The notes under the pieces: generated by a model
The model's database searches: none
Told to the model about the DNA's origin: nothing
Seen by the model: only the letters and a program-made list of their open reading frames with translations
Program-made: the position numbers and the translations under genes
In this document: positions 21,607-33,708 of the stretch, piece after piece
Layout of the letters: each line of letters starts with the position of its first letter
Position numbering within the stretch: the stretch's first letter is position 1
NCBI GenBank assembly: GCA_964016885.1
Contig: CAXHJY010000320.1
Location: 1 to 64,000, forward strand
Direction of reading: 5' to 3'
Length of the DNA: 64,000 nt
Source of the DNA: Eledone cirrhosa
Lineage: Eukaryota

Positions 21607-22359
21607 CTAATAAAGAGAAACAAATGCAAGATTGAAACAATCATTAATAACAACAACAAAAATGTCAATGAAAAAATGTCATTTATTTGTTTAAAAGTAA
21701 AAAAATAAGTCCCATTCAAAGTTAGAAGCTCATTAGGCATCAGTTTATCCCAATTTCATTGGTAATGTGACTGAAAATACCTGACTCTCCTTTGGATGGG
21801 ACGCCAGTCAGGCCAGGAGAGAGTTAACTCCCCAGATAACGCTGATGCACATTTTTTGCCAGCCGAATGAACTAAAGCAACATGAAATTGCTTAAGGGCA
21901 CAATGCACCACTCAGTTCAGAGATTTAATCCTTAACCTTACTATTATGAACTAAACAGTCAACCATTGTAATGTTTTAAATATATTTCATAACTTCATTT
22001 TTGACATCAAATTTGCTTAAAATCAGCTCTGAGTTCAAATCTCACCAAAGACAAATTTGCTTTTCATTCTTTCTGGGTCAATAAAATATAATACCAGTCT
22101 TGAATAGAGGATTGGCATCATTATTAAATCATTATAGCTCTAGCTCAATGCATTCTGAGTGCAAATCCTGTTGTGGCCTACTTGGAAGGTAGACTCTATC
22201 CATTACTTAGTTTAACACTACAACCTGGTCCTTGGGTACATTTACCATACTGTTTGAACCAGGTCTTTGATTTGAGGATACCTTCCTTCCTCTCTCACTC
22301 AAATCTCAGAGGCTCTGAAAAGGGTCATCAGCATTGCCTTTTCCTCCCTGAGTAAATAG

Positions 22360-22447
22360 TAAAAAAAAAAAAATAAAAAAATAAATAAATAAATAAATAA
22401 AAATAATAAAATAAAAAAAAAAATAATAAAAAAAAAAATCAATAAAT

Positions 22448-22475
<28 letters not shown>
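22360..22475 (+). repeat. poly(A)/(TAAA)n tract, probable retroelement tail
   Basis: ~115-nt A-rich tract following a GC-richer segment at 22140-22355. Confidence 0.6.
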
Positions 22476-22478
<3 letters not shown>

Positions 22479-22586
22479 GTCTAGCCTCAATTCACAACTT
22501 TTTGAAAATGTCAATTTTTTTTTTATTTCTGTAGCCATAGCATCACCTTTGGTTCTATCTATATATAATTTCAGGCTTATATATAA

Positions 22587-22730
22587 TTTATTATAAATTT
22601 CTGGTTGGTTGGTTCAATAACTGGATGGTTTATATATTGTCAAAGCTCTTTCATCACAAAAGAGCTTTGACAATATAAACAACCATCCGGTTATTGAACT
22701 AACCAACCAACTGGAAATTTATAATAAATT
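22587..22730. repeat. long fold-back palindrome (~65-70-bp arms)
   Basis: AATTTATTATAAATTTC...GTCAAAGCTCTTT catcaca AAAGAGCTTTGAC...GAAATTTATAATAAATT. Confidence 0.92.
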
Positions 22731-22853
22731 GAAGTGAAAACCAACAGGTGCGTGTGTTTTTATTGGCAGCATGACCTTCCCAAAGTATAACAATATCTAT
22801 TTCAACACACGTTTTCAGATAAGAAAACTTGCAAAACAAATTCAAAAATGAAG
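22731..22853 (-). mobile_element. unclassified dispersed repeat; other copies at 45011-45110 (+) and 63891-64000 (+)
   Basis: Shared TTGTTATA(C)TTTGGG.AGGGTCATG.TGCCAAT...AACACACGCAC block. Confidence 0.7.
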
Positions 22854-22865
22854 TGTGTATATATA

Positions 22866-23803
22866 TCTATATATCTAAAACAGAAAATGTCTGTCTGACT
22901 CCCTAAAACTCGAGAACCACCCAACCGAGTTTTTTCAAACTTTACACGTGTAATACTTATGGTCCTGTGAGTGTTTTGAGCTAAAAATATTTCAAATTTT
23001 CAATGCCCTAGGGACTGCATTAGGTGCCGGTTAGCGATCTCTTTATCTTTCTTAGTCTGTCTTTTTAGATAGATACATAGCTATAACGTCGCGCCCTTAT
23101 AATATCTGTCTGTATGTCTGGCTGTCTGTCTGCATTACGACAAATATTGTTCTCATTGCTGACATATTATCTTCGCTATTTTGCGTTCATTGCCAGGGAA
23201 CGTCTTCACGAACCAAAGTATTGTCTTCCTGTTTTCCTTCGGTTGCAACGTTTTTCGAAATATTTACTTCTGCATTCACAGATTGATTTTTTTTAGTTTC
23301 AGAAGATCCAGTTAAGGGTGAAAGCAGCGATTCTTTGCTTAAACTTTAATCTGTTATTTTAATTTATGTTTTACACACGGGCAACTATACGTTGGCTGCT
23401 CAAGAGTGGGAAGCAAGACAAATCTCTTTGCATATGACCGACACGGAAGAACAAGGAACATTGTGTACAAGGAGGTGCTACAATCATTTTTTAGGTAGAC
23501 GAGGCAGAAGGGGATATACACGATTGGCTGAAGAAGGACGAGACTGTGTTAGTAGTACGACCAGCGGCTGCTATCACACCAACAGCAGCAAAAACAACAA
23601 CAACAAAAAAGAGAGGGACCGCAATTATATGCTTTTGAAAAATCTTAATGGAAAATTATTTGCCCATTCACCCAAGGCGACTTCACTTTTTATTAGAACT
23701 TCTGCATTAATTGGTGAACATACGACAAAACTGTTTCAGAAAGAAGGGATAAACATCCCAATCTATGTTTAGAATCCCGAGCAATGTCAGGGCATTCTGC
23801 TAT
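22866..23803 (+). mobile_element. non-autonomous Helitron
   Basis: 5' A|TCTATATATCTAAAACAGAAAATGTCTGTCTG. The 3' end has a degenerate hairpin CCCGAGCAATGTCAGGG followed by CTAT|T (a variant of CTAG). An internal segment recurs inverted at 33709-33900. Confidence 0.7.
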
Positions 23804-25755
23804 TATATATATATAATACTACAACAAATTTCTTAGTAGTTCAATTGGTGAAGATCATTAGAATATATTATGATACTTAGTAATGGTATCAAAAAAGGCA
23901 TCCAGCCATAGAATACTGTACAACAAATCTCATCCAACCCATGCCAGCATGAAAATACAGACATAAAATCAATGATGATGATAAACAAAAATAATTGTTT
24001 CAGCAAATAAACCATCCTACCTACAGAAAAAATACACCAAATGTTTTAGAGCCATTTCCCTAGATAGAGCAGGGTGCCATACAATTAAGTAAGAGTTCGT
24101 TTTAGGAAGGACATTTGGCCATAGAATACTACATCAAAAAGTATTGTCCAGTTCATGCCATCATGGAAAAGCAGACATAATAATGATGATGATGATAATG
24201 ACATTGATGATAAACAAAAATAATTGTTCCAACAAATAAAACAAACTCATCATTATCATCATTTTACATCTGCTGTGCCACAATTACATGGGTTGGACTG
24301 GTCTGTCTGATTACAGCATCTCTCCACTTGTATTCCTTTGTCATTATTTTCTGTGAGCTACAGTGATTTGAGATCAGATTTCACTACTTCCGCCCAGGTC
24401 TTTCTTCCACTGGGATTACTTAGCACTTCTTCACCCATGTACGGAAAAAATGTTTTGAGGCCAATTTCCCTGCTAGAACAGGGGTTAATTTTGCAGCCCC
24501 CTCTGACAGGCTTCATGCTTCTCATGGGGTCCTTTTTGAGGCAATGTTTTATTGTCAGATGCCCTTCTTGGTGCCAACTCTTTTATTCACCTCATATGAC
24601 ACACAGGGTTGGTATACCTACTCTAAACCACATATACACAATACAGTATAAGAGACAAGTGACTTATAAGATTTAGCAATAATGTCCCACTTATAATTGC
24701 TAATCACATCCTGAATACTGACTCTTCCTACTGTTAATTATCATTATCGTCCAACCAGCCCACCCCTTCATCCAGTTGACATTTCAATTTTATTGACTCA
24801 TTGGTTATTACACCCTAAATAATCATCATAGACAAATGTCACCTAGGAAGTGGCTTTTCTTATATATAAAAAAAAGAAACACTTCAATATGTTTTACGTT
24901 GAACAACATTTATGTGGTTTACAAATGTCTCTGTAAAAACAAGTTCATATCCTCTATCTTGAGTTGGTATTTTAATATCTAGGTACCAGTAACATCTTAG
25001 AGTCAGGGAATATTTTAGATGAAAAAATAGAGGATTTAGTCTGTTGTTTCTATGGTGGTGCTATTTCTGGAGATGTATCTGGAACATCTTTGAAATGGTT
25101 GTCCTGAACAGAATTGGAATGATTAGTGATGATTCTGGGTGCTTGATGTACAGGATGGCTGTATAGGAGGAACTAAATCATCATCATTATCATTGTTTTA
25201 TATCTGCTTTTCCATGTTAGTATTGTCTGAACGAGACTACAATACAAGCCACTAGCACGAAATGCTACTGAGTGAGAGTGAACCTGAAACATGTGGTTGT
25301 GGAGCAAACTCCTTAATCCCACGGCTATGCCTGCCTATCAACATCATTTAACATCCATTTTCCCTTCTAGCAATTGCTGAATGGGTCATCACAGACCATG
25401 TCAGTACTTAATCAGGGTTACTTATCTCTCTGACACGCCAGAGGGTATATCTCACAAACATTCTTACATTCAACAAGGTGCACAAGGTACATTTTATTGT
25501 GGCACAAGCACTAGGGAGGTTGCCATATCTTTGACACAACTGAAGAGTCCTCTTGACCCTTTGTTTGGTGAGTTTTCTTTTATGACTGGATGCCTTTCCT
25601 ATAACCAGCCACTTTACAGTGTTTACTGGGGGTGTTTTATCTCCTCAACACTAGAAATGTTGTTCCTTGAGACAACTAGAGAGTCCTCTTAGCCCTTTGT
25701 TCGGCAAGCTTTTTACCTCAATATATATTTAAGAAATGATAAAATATAAACATAC

Positions 25756-25934
25756 CTCTCTGTGCCCTTCTCCTGAGTGACCCGAAACTGTATGGCAGAG
25801 AGTTTTTCCTTCAGTTCTTCTTTGGAATATGTGACAGGACAAGTACCACTGGTAGAGTCTTGACATGTTGCCTGTAGTTTCTTGAGAGCAGGTGAACTGT
25901 CCCGCTTAGCAGTAATAGTATGCAACAAGTTCAT
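25756..25934 (-). CDS. MsrB: methionine-R-sulfoxide reductase B, first coding exon
   Basis: MNLLHTITAKRDSSPALKKLQATCQDSTSGTCPVTYSKEELKEKLSAIQFRVTQEKGTE(R), with donor AG|GTATGT. The probable acceptor tttctAG at 25967-25966 implies an upstream non-coding exon. In-frame TAA TGA precede the ATG. The start codon is less certain than the exon's 3' part. Confidence 0.88.
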
Positions 25935-26845
25935 GCAGCCAAGGAGTAGCAATTGTCATTAGCACCTAGAAACACAACAAAAGAACTGTTATTATTATTG
26001 TCAACATATTAGTCATCATCCTCATCAACAAAATAACCATCATCCTTGTCAATATAATAATCATCAACCCTCAACATAGAAAACATCATTGCCAACATCA
26101 GTCATCATCATCACTGTCAACATCATAATCATCATCATAGCTATCATAATCATCATCATAGCAATCATAGTGGTCATCATCATAGTTATCAACATCATCA
26201 TTTAATGCCTGTTTTCCCTGCTATCAAAGATTGGACGGGTTATCACAGATCACATAAAAACTTAATCGTGGCTCCTGATCTCTCAGACAGCCTGGGAGTC
26301 ACATCTCACTTATATTTCTGCATTCTACAGAGTGCATTGGATGCAGCTTTTAATAGAACCAGTACTAGGGAGGTTGTCATTGTTTTTAAGACAATTGAGT
26401 CCTCACAAACCATTTTATCAACATCATCCTCATTATCATCCCCACAATCATAAAACCTTAAACAGCTATTAATGATGGATCAGTGGAATACAACAAAAGT
26501 CTTAGTACAACTCCAAAGATCGACCGGATTTGGGAAGCTATATTACAAGGATCATTTGTTTTAGTGACTGCAATTCTAACCAAAGTGACAGTGACTAAAA
26601 TAAATAAACTAATTGTTTCTAGAATGATCTTACAAAACATAGATCATCAGTAACAAGCTGATTAAATGAATTTCATTATTATCAAACCTTATTATCAAAT
26701 CCTTCCGGGGTCGATAGAATAAAGTACCAGTAATGCATTGGGTAATTGCTGGCCTTGTGCCAAAAGTAGAAACAATTATTATCAAACATTCTTCATGACA
26801 GCTAAATTTGAGATAGAATAGAACAAGTAAAATAATGGACAAGGT

Positions 26846-27043
26846 ATACGAGGCTGAGCTGAAAAGTTCCTAGGCTGACTATAAAGAAGTGATGTTAGAG
26901 CTGTGAAATCTTGCACACATTAATTTGAACTCTTCTTATTAATAACTGCATTGTTTCTTTCCAGGGACTGTTGAAAATAAACCTCATTTGGTCATTCCAT
27001 GAGAGTATCTTGGTCAGCCTATCATCTTTTCAGCTGGCCCTCA
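26846..27043. mobile_element. mariner-type MITE
   Basis: Imperfect TIRs TACGAGGCTGAGCTGAAAAGTTCCTAGGCTGAC ... GTCAGCCTATCATCTTTTCAGCTGGCCCTC. Confidence 0.7.
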
Positions 27044-27063
27044 CACACACACATATATATATA

Positions 27064-27198
27064 TCATGTGTAATATAGAAATGGCTTCTACAGGACTAGA
27101 ACTGTTTCATTAAAAAGAAATCATCAGAAAAGGCTGATGATTTCTTTAGAATGAAACAGTTCTCGTACTGTAGAAGCCATTTCTATACTAAACATGAC
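27064..27198. repeat. fold-back palindrome whose two arms each carry a CUGAUGA..GAAA..GUA hammerhead core
   Basis: + strand 27134-27172 reads CTGATGA tttctttagaat GAAA cagt tctcgt actg TA. A mirror copy is on the - strand from 27127. Confidence 0.75.
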
Positions 27199-27769
27199 AT
27201 TTACACTCTAATGTATTGAGTACCTTACTTACTGTAATTATCCCTGATTGAACCCAAGACAAACGCACATGCACACAAACACACATACATACACCTTACA
27301 ACACTAAAAGTAAACATGGTGAGAGACTGGAGGCTACAGTGCTGGCAATCAAATAGAGACAATACAGGGGCTAAGTATAATACAAGCCCTCTAGTGTTGG
27401 TGCCATGATAAAATACACCCAGTAACTCTATAAGATCGTTGGCATTAAGGAGGGTATCCTGCTGCAGAAACCATTGCCAAATATGCATTATATGAGCATG
27501 TTGAGGATACTCCAAGCCATCTGGTCATGGGCCATGACAATTCATCCAACCCATGCCAGCATGGAAAGCTGATGTAAAATGATGATGATATATATAAACA
27601 ATTTATCATTTTCATTTAAGAAATCAATATATTAAATTAAAAAAATTTCTGAATTAAAAATAGAACTACCAAATATAGTTTACAAAAATAATCTAATTTG
27701 TTATCAATCTACAACTGGATAGACTTCTAAATAAGGCAGCTATTTGATAAACAACATATTTAGAAGATG

Positions 27770-27920
27770 TTTTGTCTGTCTGGTTAAGAAGTACATTCTG
27801 CATCCATGAAGTTTCAGGTGGCATTCCACTGTGTGACACCTTGGGTAAATAACTTTTACTATAGCCTTGGGCCTACCAATGCTTTGTAAATGAATTTAGT
27901 AGAGAGAATCTGAAGATGAT
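27770..27920 (+). mobile_element. tRNA-derived CORE-like SINE (degenerate)
   Basis: TGTCTGGTTAAGAAG head and CACCTTGGGTAAATAACTTTTACTATAGCCTTGGGCCTACCAATGCTTTGT body. Relatives at 53860-54012 (+), 53030-53180 (-) and 10340-10560 (-). Confidence 0.65.
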
Positions 27921-27935
27921 AATTGTATGAATAAA

Positions 27936-27967
<32 letters not shown>

Positions 27968-28125
27968 ATTGTATACAGATATGTCAAAGTTAAATTCTAA
28001 TTCTATTTCAAGTTGAACCAACTTATAAAGCTTCATATGTAATGAGGCTAATAAGTCTATTTACAAAGATGAAAAAATTATATATTTTCATCCGTTTCAA
28101 AGTCCAGCAGTAGGAAGAGGAAAGC

Positions 28126-28168
28126 ATTGTCCTGATGTGAACCATTAAGTTCGAAATGCATAGACAAT
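28126..28168 (+). ncRNA. minimal type-I hammerhead ribozyme motif (A9U core variant)
   Basis: AUUGUC-CUGAUGU-GAAC cauuaa GUUC-GAAA-UGCA-UA^-GACAAU. Perfect 6-bp stem I, 4-bp stem II and palindromic stem III AUGCAU. Confidence 0.75.
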
Positions 28169-28386
28169 TATCCCCCTTGCTTCCCCTGGACACTGCTTGG
28201 GCGCGCTGACTGCCAGTCTTCTATTCCTAGCTGTGGTTTTCACAATGTTTATTTATAATATTTATAAACATACCATATATACTTAGATATACAAAATCTC
28301 TCTCTCTCTCTCTCTTTCTATATATATATGACAAGTAAGTATGTTTTGAAACAGCGAGCAAGTTTGAAATTAGAAAATATAAGCTT

Positions 28387-28616
28387 TCACCGTATTTTTT
28401 GACTAAAGAAATTTTAGCCCGATAGTGGGGTTTAGAACCCTCAGAGAAATGCAAAAAGATGAGTATTGACGTACATGGGAGTCAAACCCACATCTTTGGT
28501 GTAATGGTAGCACAGTGGTCTGGATAACCAAAGATGTGGGTTCGACTCCCATGTACGTCAATACTCATCTTTTTCCATTTCTCTGACTAAAATTTCTTTA
28601 GTCAAAAAATACGGTG

Positions 28617-28617
<1 letters not shown>
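28387..28617. repeat. fold-back palindrome (~90-bp arms) built around a tRNA-like head
   Basis: Arms TCACCGTATTTTTTGACTAAAGAAATTTTAG...CATCTTTGGT / ACCAAAGATG...CTAAAATTTCTTTAGTCAAAAAATACGGTGA. A box TGGTGTAATGG and B box GGTTCGACTCC lie within 28497-28560. Confidence 0.88.
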
Positions 28618-28659
<42 letters not shown>

Positions 28660-29559
28660 ATATGACTATCACAAATATCGTGTCACCACATCAGTAAATG
28701 TTTGTTTTCACTTAAATAACTATAAATATACAACCCATCATTAATATATGAATGTGTATGTGTGTCTGTTTCCAGATGCATCGTAATATTGACACTGTTT
28801 AAAGCAAGTAGCAACATTTGTTGTGTTCTTTGTAAACAATATGTCCTGCAGAAAAGTTCAACCAAGATGAGCAATATATATTATACTTATGAAGTATGGG
28901 TCGGCATCTGGAAAGGCCTCTGACCACAGAAAAAAAACTGCTCCAATAAGCTTGTCCAACCCATGATTGCATGAAAAAAAAAATCAGTGTAATGACGATG
29001 ATGATGATGACAATGCTGATTGTGATGATGGCTGTTGATAGTGATGATGGTGGTGATGTTGACCATGATGATGATAATGACGATGACAAGGGTGGTGATG
29101 ATGGTGAAGATGGTTGTGATGATGACAATGATGATGATGATTTACAATAAAAACCTGGATAACAATTGACAAATATCCTCAACACCTACAACATGGAGAT
29201 CCTCTATTTCTGTAGAGTGTCTTGTAAGGAACCCATGACATTCCCTTATAATAATCACCATAAGATGGTGGAGGATGCTTGACCACATGCCCAAGAAGAG
29301 ACTGATAGGGACCTCCCTCAAATAGATGCCAGAAGGCCAGGGGGACATATGAAGCAAGGCAGACCTGTTATGACCTAGTCAAGGTTTGTGGAGGAAAACC
29401 TGGCATTCATGGGCCTGGCCTGTGAACAGACAACTGATAGAGCTTGAAGCCATGCAAGATAGAAATCTCTTATCACACAATACTTCAGAGGGAGCAGAAA
29501 GAACTAAAGAAGCAGCAGCAATATGGAAGCAACCTATGGTATTTCCATTCATTGAATAC

Positions 29560-29890
29560 TATTAAGACAATACCAGCAATGTGGAAGGAATACATGTGAT
29601 ATATTAAGATAATACCAGCAATGTGGAAGGAATACATGTGATATATTAAGATAATACCAGCAATGTGGAAGGAATACATGTGATATATTAAGATAATACC
29701 AGCAATGTGGAAGGAATACATGTCATATATTAAGATAATACCAGCAATGTAGAAGGAACACACAATATGTCTTATTGAATGCTATAAAGACAATACCAGC
29801 ATTTCCTTACATTCAGTCTCAAGACAATCCTAGCAAGGTGGAAGGAACACACATTTCCTTAGATTGAATGTTAAGACAATCCTAGCAATG
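29560..29890. repeat. 42-bp minisatellite (~4.5 near-perfect units plus degenerate copies)
   Basis: Unit TACCAGCAATGTGGAAGGAATACATGTGATATATTAAGATAA. Confidence 0.92.
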
Positions 29891-29925
29891 TTTGTCAATA
29901 ATATCTTGAAAAATACATTACCAAG

Positions 29926-29996
<71 letters not shown>

Positions 29997-30260
29997 TTAA
30001 CAACTCTTTCCATATCTTATTTTAAACAGTCCAGTCAACAACTATACAAACAGTTGGGTGATAATATATTTTTATTTCCTATTAAATAACAAATACAATA
30101 TCTACATATAAGAAATGTCATAACACCAGAGGTATGACAAATAAAAATGCAAGTACATCTCGATAATAACAGAATGGTGTCATATGTAGCCAAAGACTGA
30201 GTTTAAGCCATATTATCCTGAAATCTAATGATACTGAAAATGTTATGTGTGTGTGTGTAT

Positions 30261-30686
30261 CTGAGAGTAAACTTTGCCAAAACTAAAGTGCTAGTGGGTA
30301 AGAAAGAAAATAGGGTCCTGATTCCTTCAGGAAAGTGACCCTGCTTAATATGAAGAAAAGGAGTAGGCATAAACTTCATACGATGTACACAATGTAAATC
30401 TTGGGTACACAGACCGGGTGATGTGTTGTTTCGTTGAGCAAGACACTTTATTTCACATTGCTCCAGTTTACTCAGCTGTAGAAATGAGATGATAGGGACT
30501 GGGTTCCTTATCATTCCACTGCAAAGTGGACGTGTAGGCGCCATGGCAAAAAAGCAGCCAGCACTCACTGTAAATGAGGTTGGTGTTAGGAAGGGCATCC
30601 AGCTGTAGAAATCAAGCCAAAATCAGTTCCCGTCCCACCCTTGCAAGCAGGGAAAAGTGAACGTAAAATGAAATGATGAATGATGA
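30261..30686 (+). mobile_element. RTE fragment (PHD-like region) fused to SINE body and RTE-type tail
   Basis: LRVNFAKTKVLVGKKENRVLIPSGK*PC..RKGVG...RCTQCKSWVHR, then TTGAGCAAGACACTTTATTTCACATTGCTCCAG, then an (ATG)n tail. Confidence 0.7.
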
Positions 30687-30812
30687 TATATATATATTAT
30701 ATATGTATATAGATATGTATATTATATATGTATATATATTATATATGTATATTATATATGTATATTATATATGTATATATTATATATGTATATATATTAT
30801 ATATGCATATGT

Positions 30813-33083
30813 TATAAGCTTTTCTGGGTGGGAAACGACGATGGGCTGGGTGGAGTAGGAATCATGGTAGCAGAAAAGTGGGCAGATAAGATAATAGACG
30901 TAAATAGAGTGAACGACAGAATAATTAAAATACGACTTTTCCTCAATAGAACTACGGTGACAGTAATATCTGCGTACGCACCCCAATCCGGACTGCCCGG
31001 CACTATAAAAGACAGATTCTATGAGACACTGATGCTAACTACCTCCAAAATATCCGACAGTGACTATATAATTATTGCAGGCGACCTAAATGGTCACGTT
31101 GGACAACATTGTGACGGCTACGACGAAATCCATGGAGGCTATGGGTTTGGTACTAGAAATGAGGAAGGCTCCAGAATCCTGGAATTCTGTGATGTAAATA
31201 ACCTAACTATCTGTAACACTAACTTCAAAAAACGTGACAATCACCTGATCACCTATAGATCCGGGGAACACACAAGCCAGGTAGATTATATCCTTACCAG
31301 AAGACGTGACAGAGTGTCTGTTGTAAACACTAAATCCCTCCCCCATGAAGAATGCACCTCCCAACATAGACTGATAATTAGCGACCTCATAGTCAGGACG
31401 AGACGTACTCGACAGCAGAAGAGGACTATCCTCAGGAGAAAAATATGGAAGCTAAAGGACCCCACAGCCAGAAATAAATTTCAAAGCATATTACTTGATG
31501 CTTTCGACAGTAAGGAAGAGCATTTAGAGTCGGACAATATAGAGGGACAGTGGGAATTTCTGAAAGCAAACCTGCTGATGGCGGCGGACGAAGTCTGTGG
31601 CTGGAGCAGGCCTGTAGGCAGGAGGAGAGTAACATGGTGGTGGAACAGTAAGGTGGAGGGGTCAATTAAGGCCAAAAAGCAGGCTTGGAAAGTATGGCGG
31701 GATGGGGGAAGTAGAGAAGACTATCAAGTGGCCAGGAGGGAAGCTAGGAGACAAGTGTACCTCGCAAGAAGGGAAGCGGAGGAAAGAAAGTTCAAGCATG
31801 TTCTACAACGCGAGGACCAAAAACGTGAAGTGTTCAGGATTGCTAGGCAATGTGTCAAGGAAAACCGTGATATTGTCGGGACCAGCAGTGTTAGTCGAGG
31901 GTAGTATAATAAGTAAGGTAATCAAGGATATGAAGACGGGTAAGGCGGCTGGGCCTTCGGAAATAGTTGCTGAGATGCTGAAGGTATCTGGCACGGTGGG
32001 ACACACCATGGTCACCCGGATAGTTAACCAAGTCGTACAGAATGGGGTTGTTCCGAAGGACTGGCATAGCAGCATCATCGTTAACTGTTATAAGGGTAAA
32101 GGAGATGCCCTAGATAGGAGTAACTATAGAGGCATTAAATTAATCGACCAGGTCATGAAGGTCACGGAAAAAGTAATAGCGCAACTAATCAGAGAGAGAA
32201 TTGACCTAGATGAAATGCAGTTCGGGTTTGTGTCAGGCAAAAGTACCACAGACGCTCTTTTCATTGTACGACAACTACAGGAGAAGTACCTAGCTAAAGG
32301 TAAACTCCTCTACTTAGCTTTTGTCGACTTGGAGAAAGGATTCGACAGAGTCCCCCGTTCCATTATCTGGTGGGCCCTTAGAAAACTAGGTGTCGACGAA
32401 TGGCTTGTGAGTTCTATACAAGCCATGTATAAAGAAACAGTCAGCAAGGTTAGAATTAACAACGAATATAGTGAAGAGTTTAGCGTAAAAGTTGGCGTCC
32501 ATCAGGGCTCTGTTCTCAGCCCCCTACTATTTATTATTGCCCTTCAGGCTATAACAGAGGAGTTCAAGACCGGCTGCCCATGGGAACTCCTATACGCAGA
32601 CGACCTAACACTCATAGCTGAATCAATGGCCGAGCTAGAGAAGAAATTCCAAACATGGAAGCACGGCATTGTGTGCAGAGGATATACGCAGACTAGAGAG
32701 GAACGAAGCTTGCATGCTCCGCTGGATGTGTAATAGTAATATACGTGAACGGCAAAGCATAAACGAACTAAGGAAAAAATTAGAAATAAGAGGGATCAGA
32801 TGTTGTTTACTTGAGAGACGGCTACGTTGGTATGGACACGTGATGCGCATGAAAGTCGATAGCTGTATAACAAAGTGCAGGGCAATAAAGATAGACGGTA
32901 GCCACGGAATAGGCAGACCTAGAAAAACCTGGGACGAGCTGATAAACTCCAACCTCACACACTTACACCTCTCCAAGACAATGTCACTGGACCGAGACCT
33001 TTGGCGGTACTCAGTTATAGAGAAGACCCGCCTTACCTAAATACATAGTAAAACCTACTACAGTCAGTAGGCATCTCTAACAA
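30813..33083 (+). mobile_element. young RTE LINE copy A (APE endonuclease plus RT) with two internal deletions
   Basis: ORF 30771-31904 has SAYAPQ, AGDLNGHVG, SQVDYIL and SQHRL. ORF 31702-32733 has FVDLEK, QGSVLSP and YADD. The C-terminus is in 32669-33040. Confidence 0.95.
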
Positions 33084-33084
33084 A

Positions 33085-33091
33085 ATATATG

Positions 33092-33152
<61 letters not shown>

Positions 33153-33334
33153 ATATATATGTATATATGTATATATATATGTATATATGTATATATATAT
33201 ATATATATGTATATATATGTATATGTATATATGTATATATATATATATATATGTATATATATGTATATGTATATATATATATGTATATATATATATGTAT
33301 ATATGTATATATATTATATATGTATATATATATG

Positions 33335-33367
<33 letters not shown>

Positions 33368-33447
33368 GTATATATATATATGTATATATATATATGTATA
33401 TATATTATATATGTATATATATTATATATGTATATATATTATATATG

Positions 33448-33478
<31 letters not shown>

Positions 33479-33583
33479 GTATATATATTATATATGTATA
33501 TATATTATATATGTATATATATTATATATGTATATATATTATATATGTATATATATTATATATGTATATATATATTATATATG

Positions 33584-33630
<47 letters not shown>

Positions 33631-33631
33631 G

Positions 33632-33665
<34 letters not shown>

Positions 33666-33708
33666 TATATGTATATGTATATATGTATATATATATATAT
33701 GTATATAT
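33085..33708. repeat. (TA)n/(TATG) microsatellite field
   Basis: Directly visible. Confidence 0.97.

Noticed and set aside
22635-22675. Hammerhead at the centre of the 22587-22730 hairpin (UGAUGAAAGAGCUUUG)
   Set aside because: There is no stem II between the core halves and no valid NUH site with stem I.
28497-28560. Functional tRNA gene with GGA anticodon
   Set aside because: The 5' acceptor strand is missing, the short variable arm is incompatible with tRNA-Ser, and the sequence is embedded in an inversion.
29560-29760. Regular repeats as a possible CRISPR array
   Set aside because: The units are head-to-tail with no unique spacers, the context is eukaryotic and there are no cas genes.
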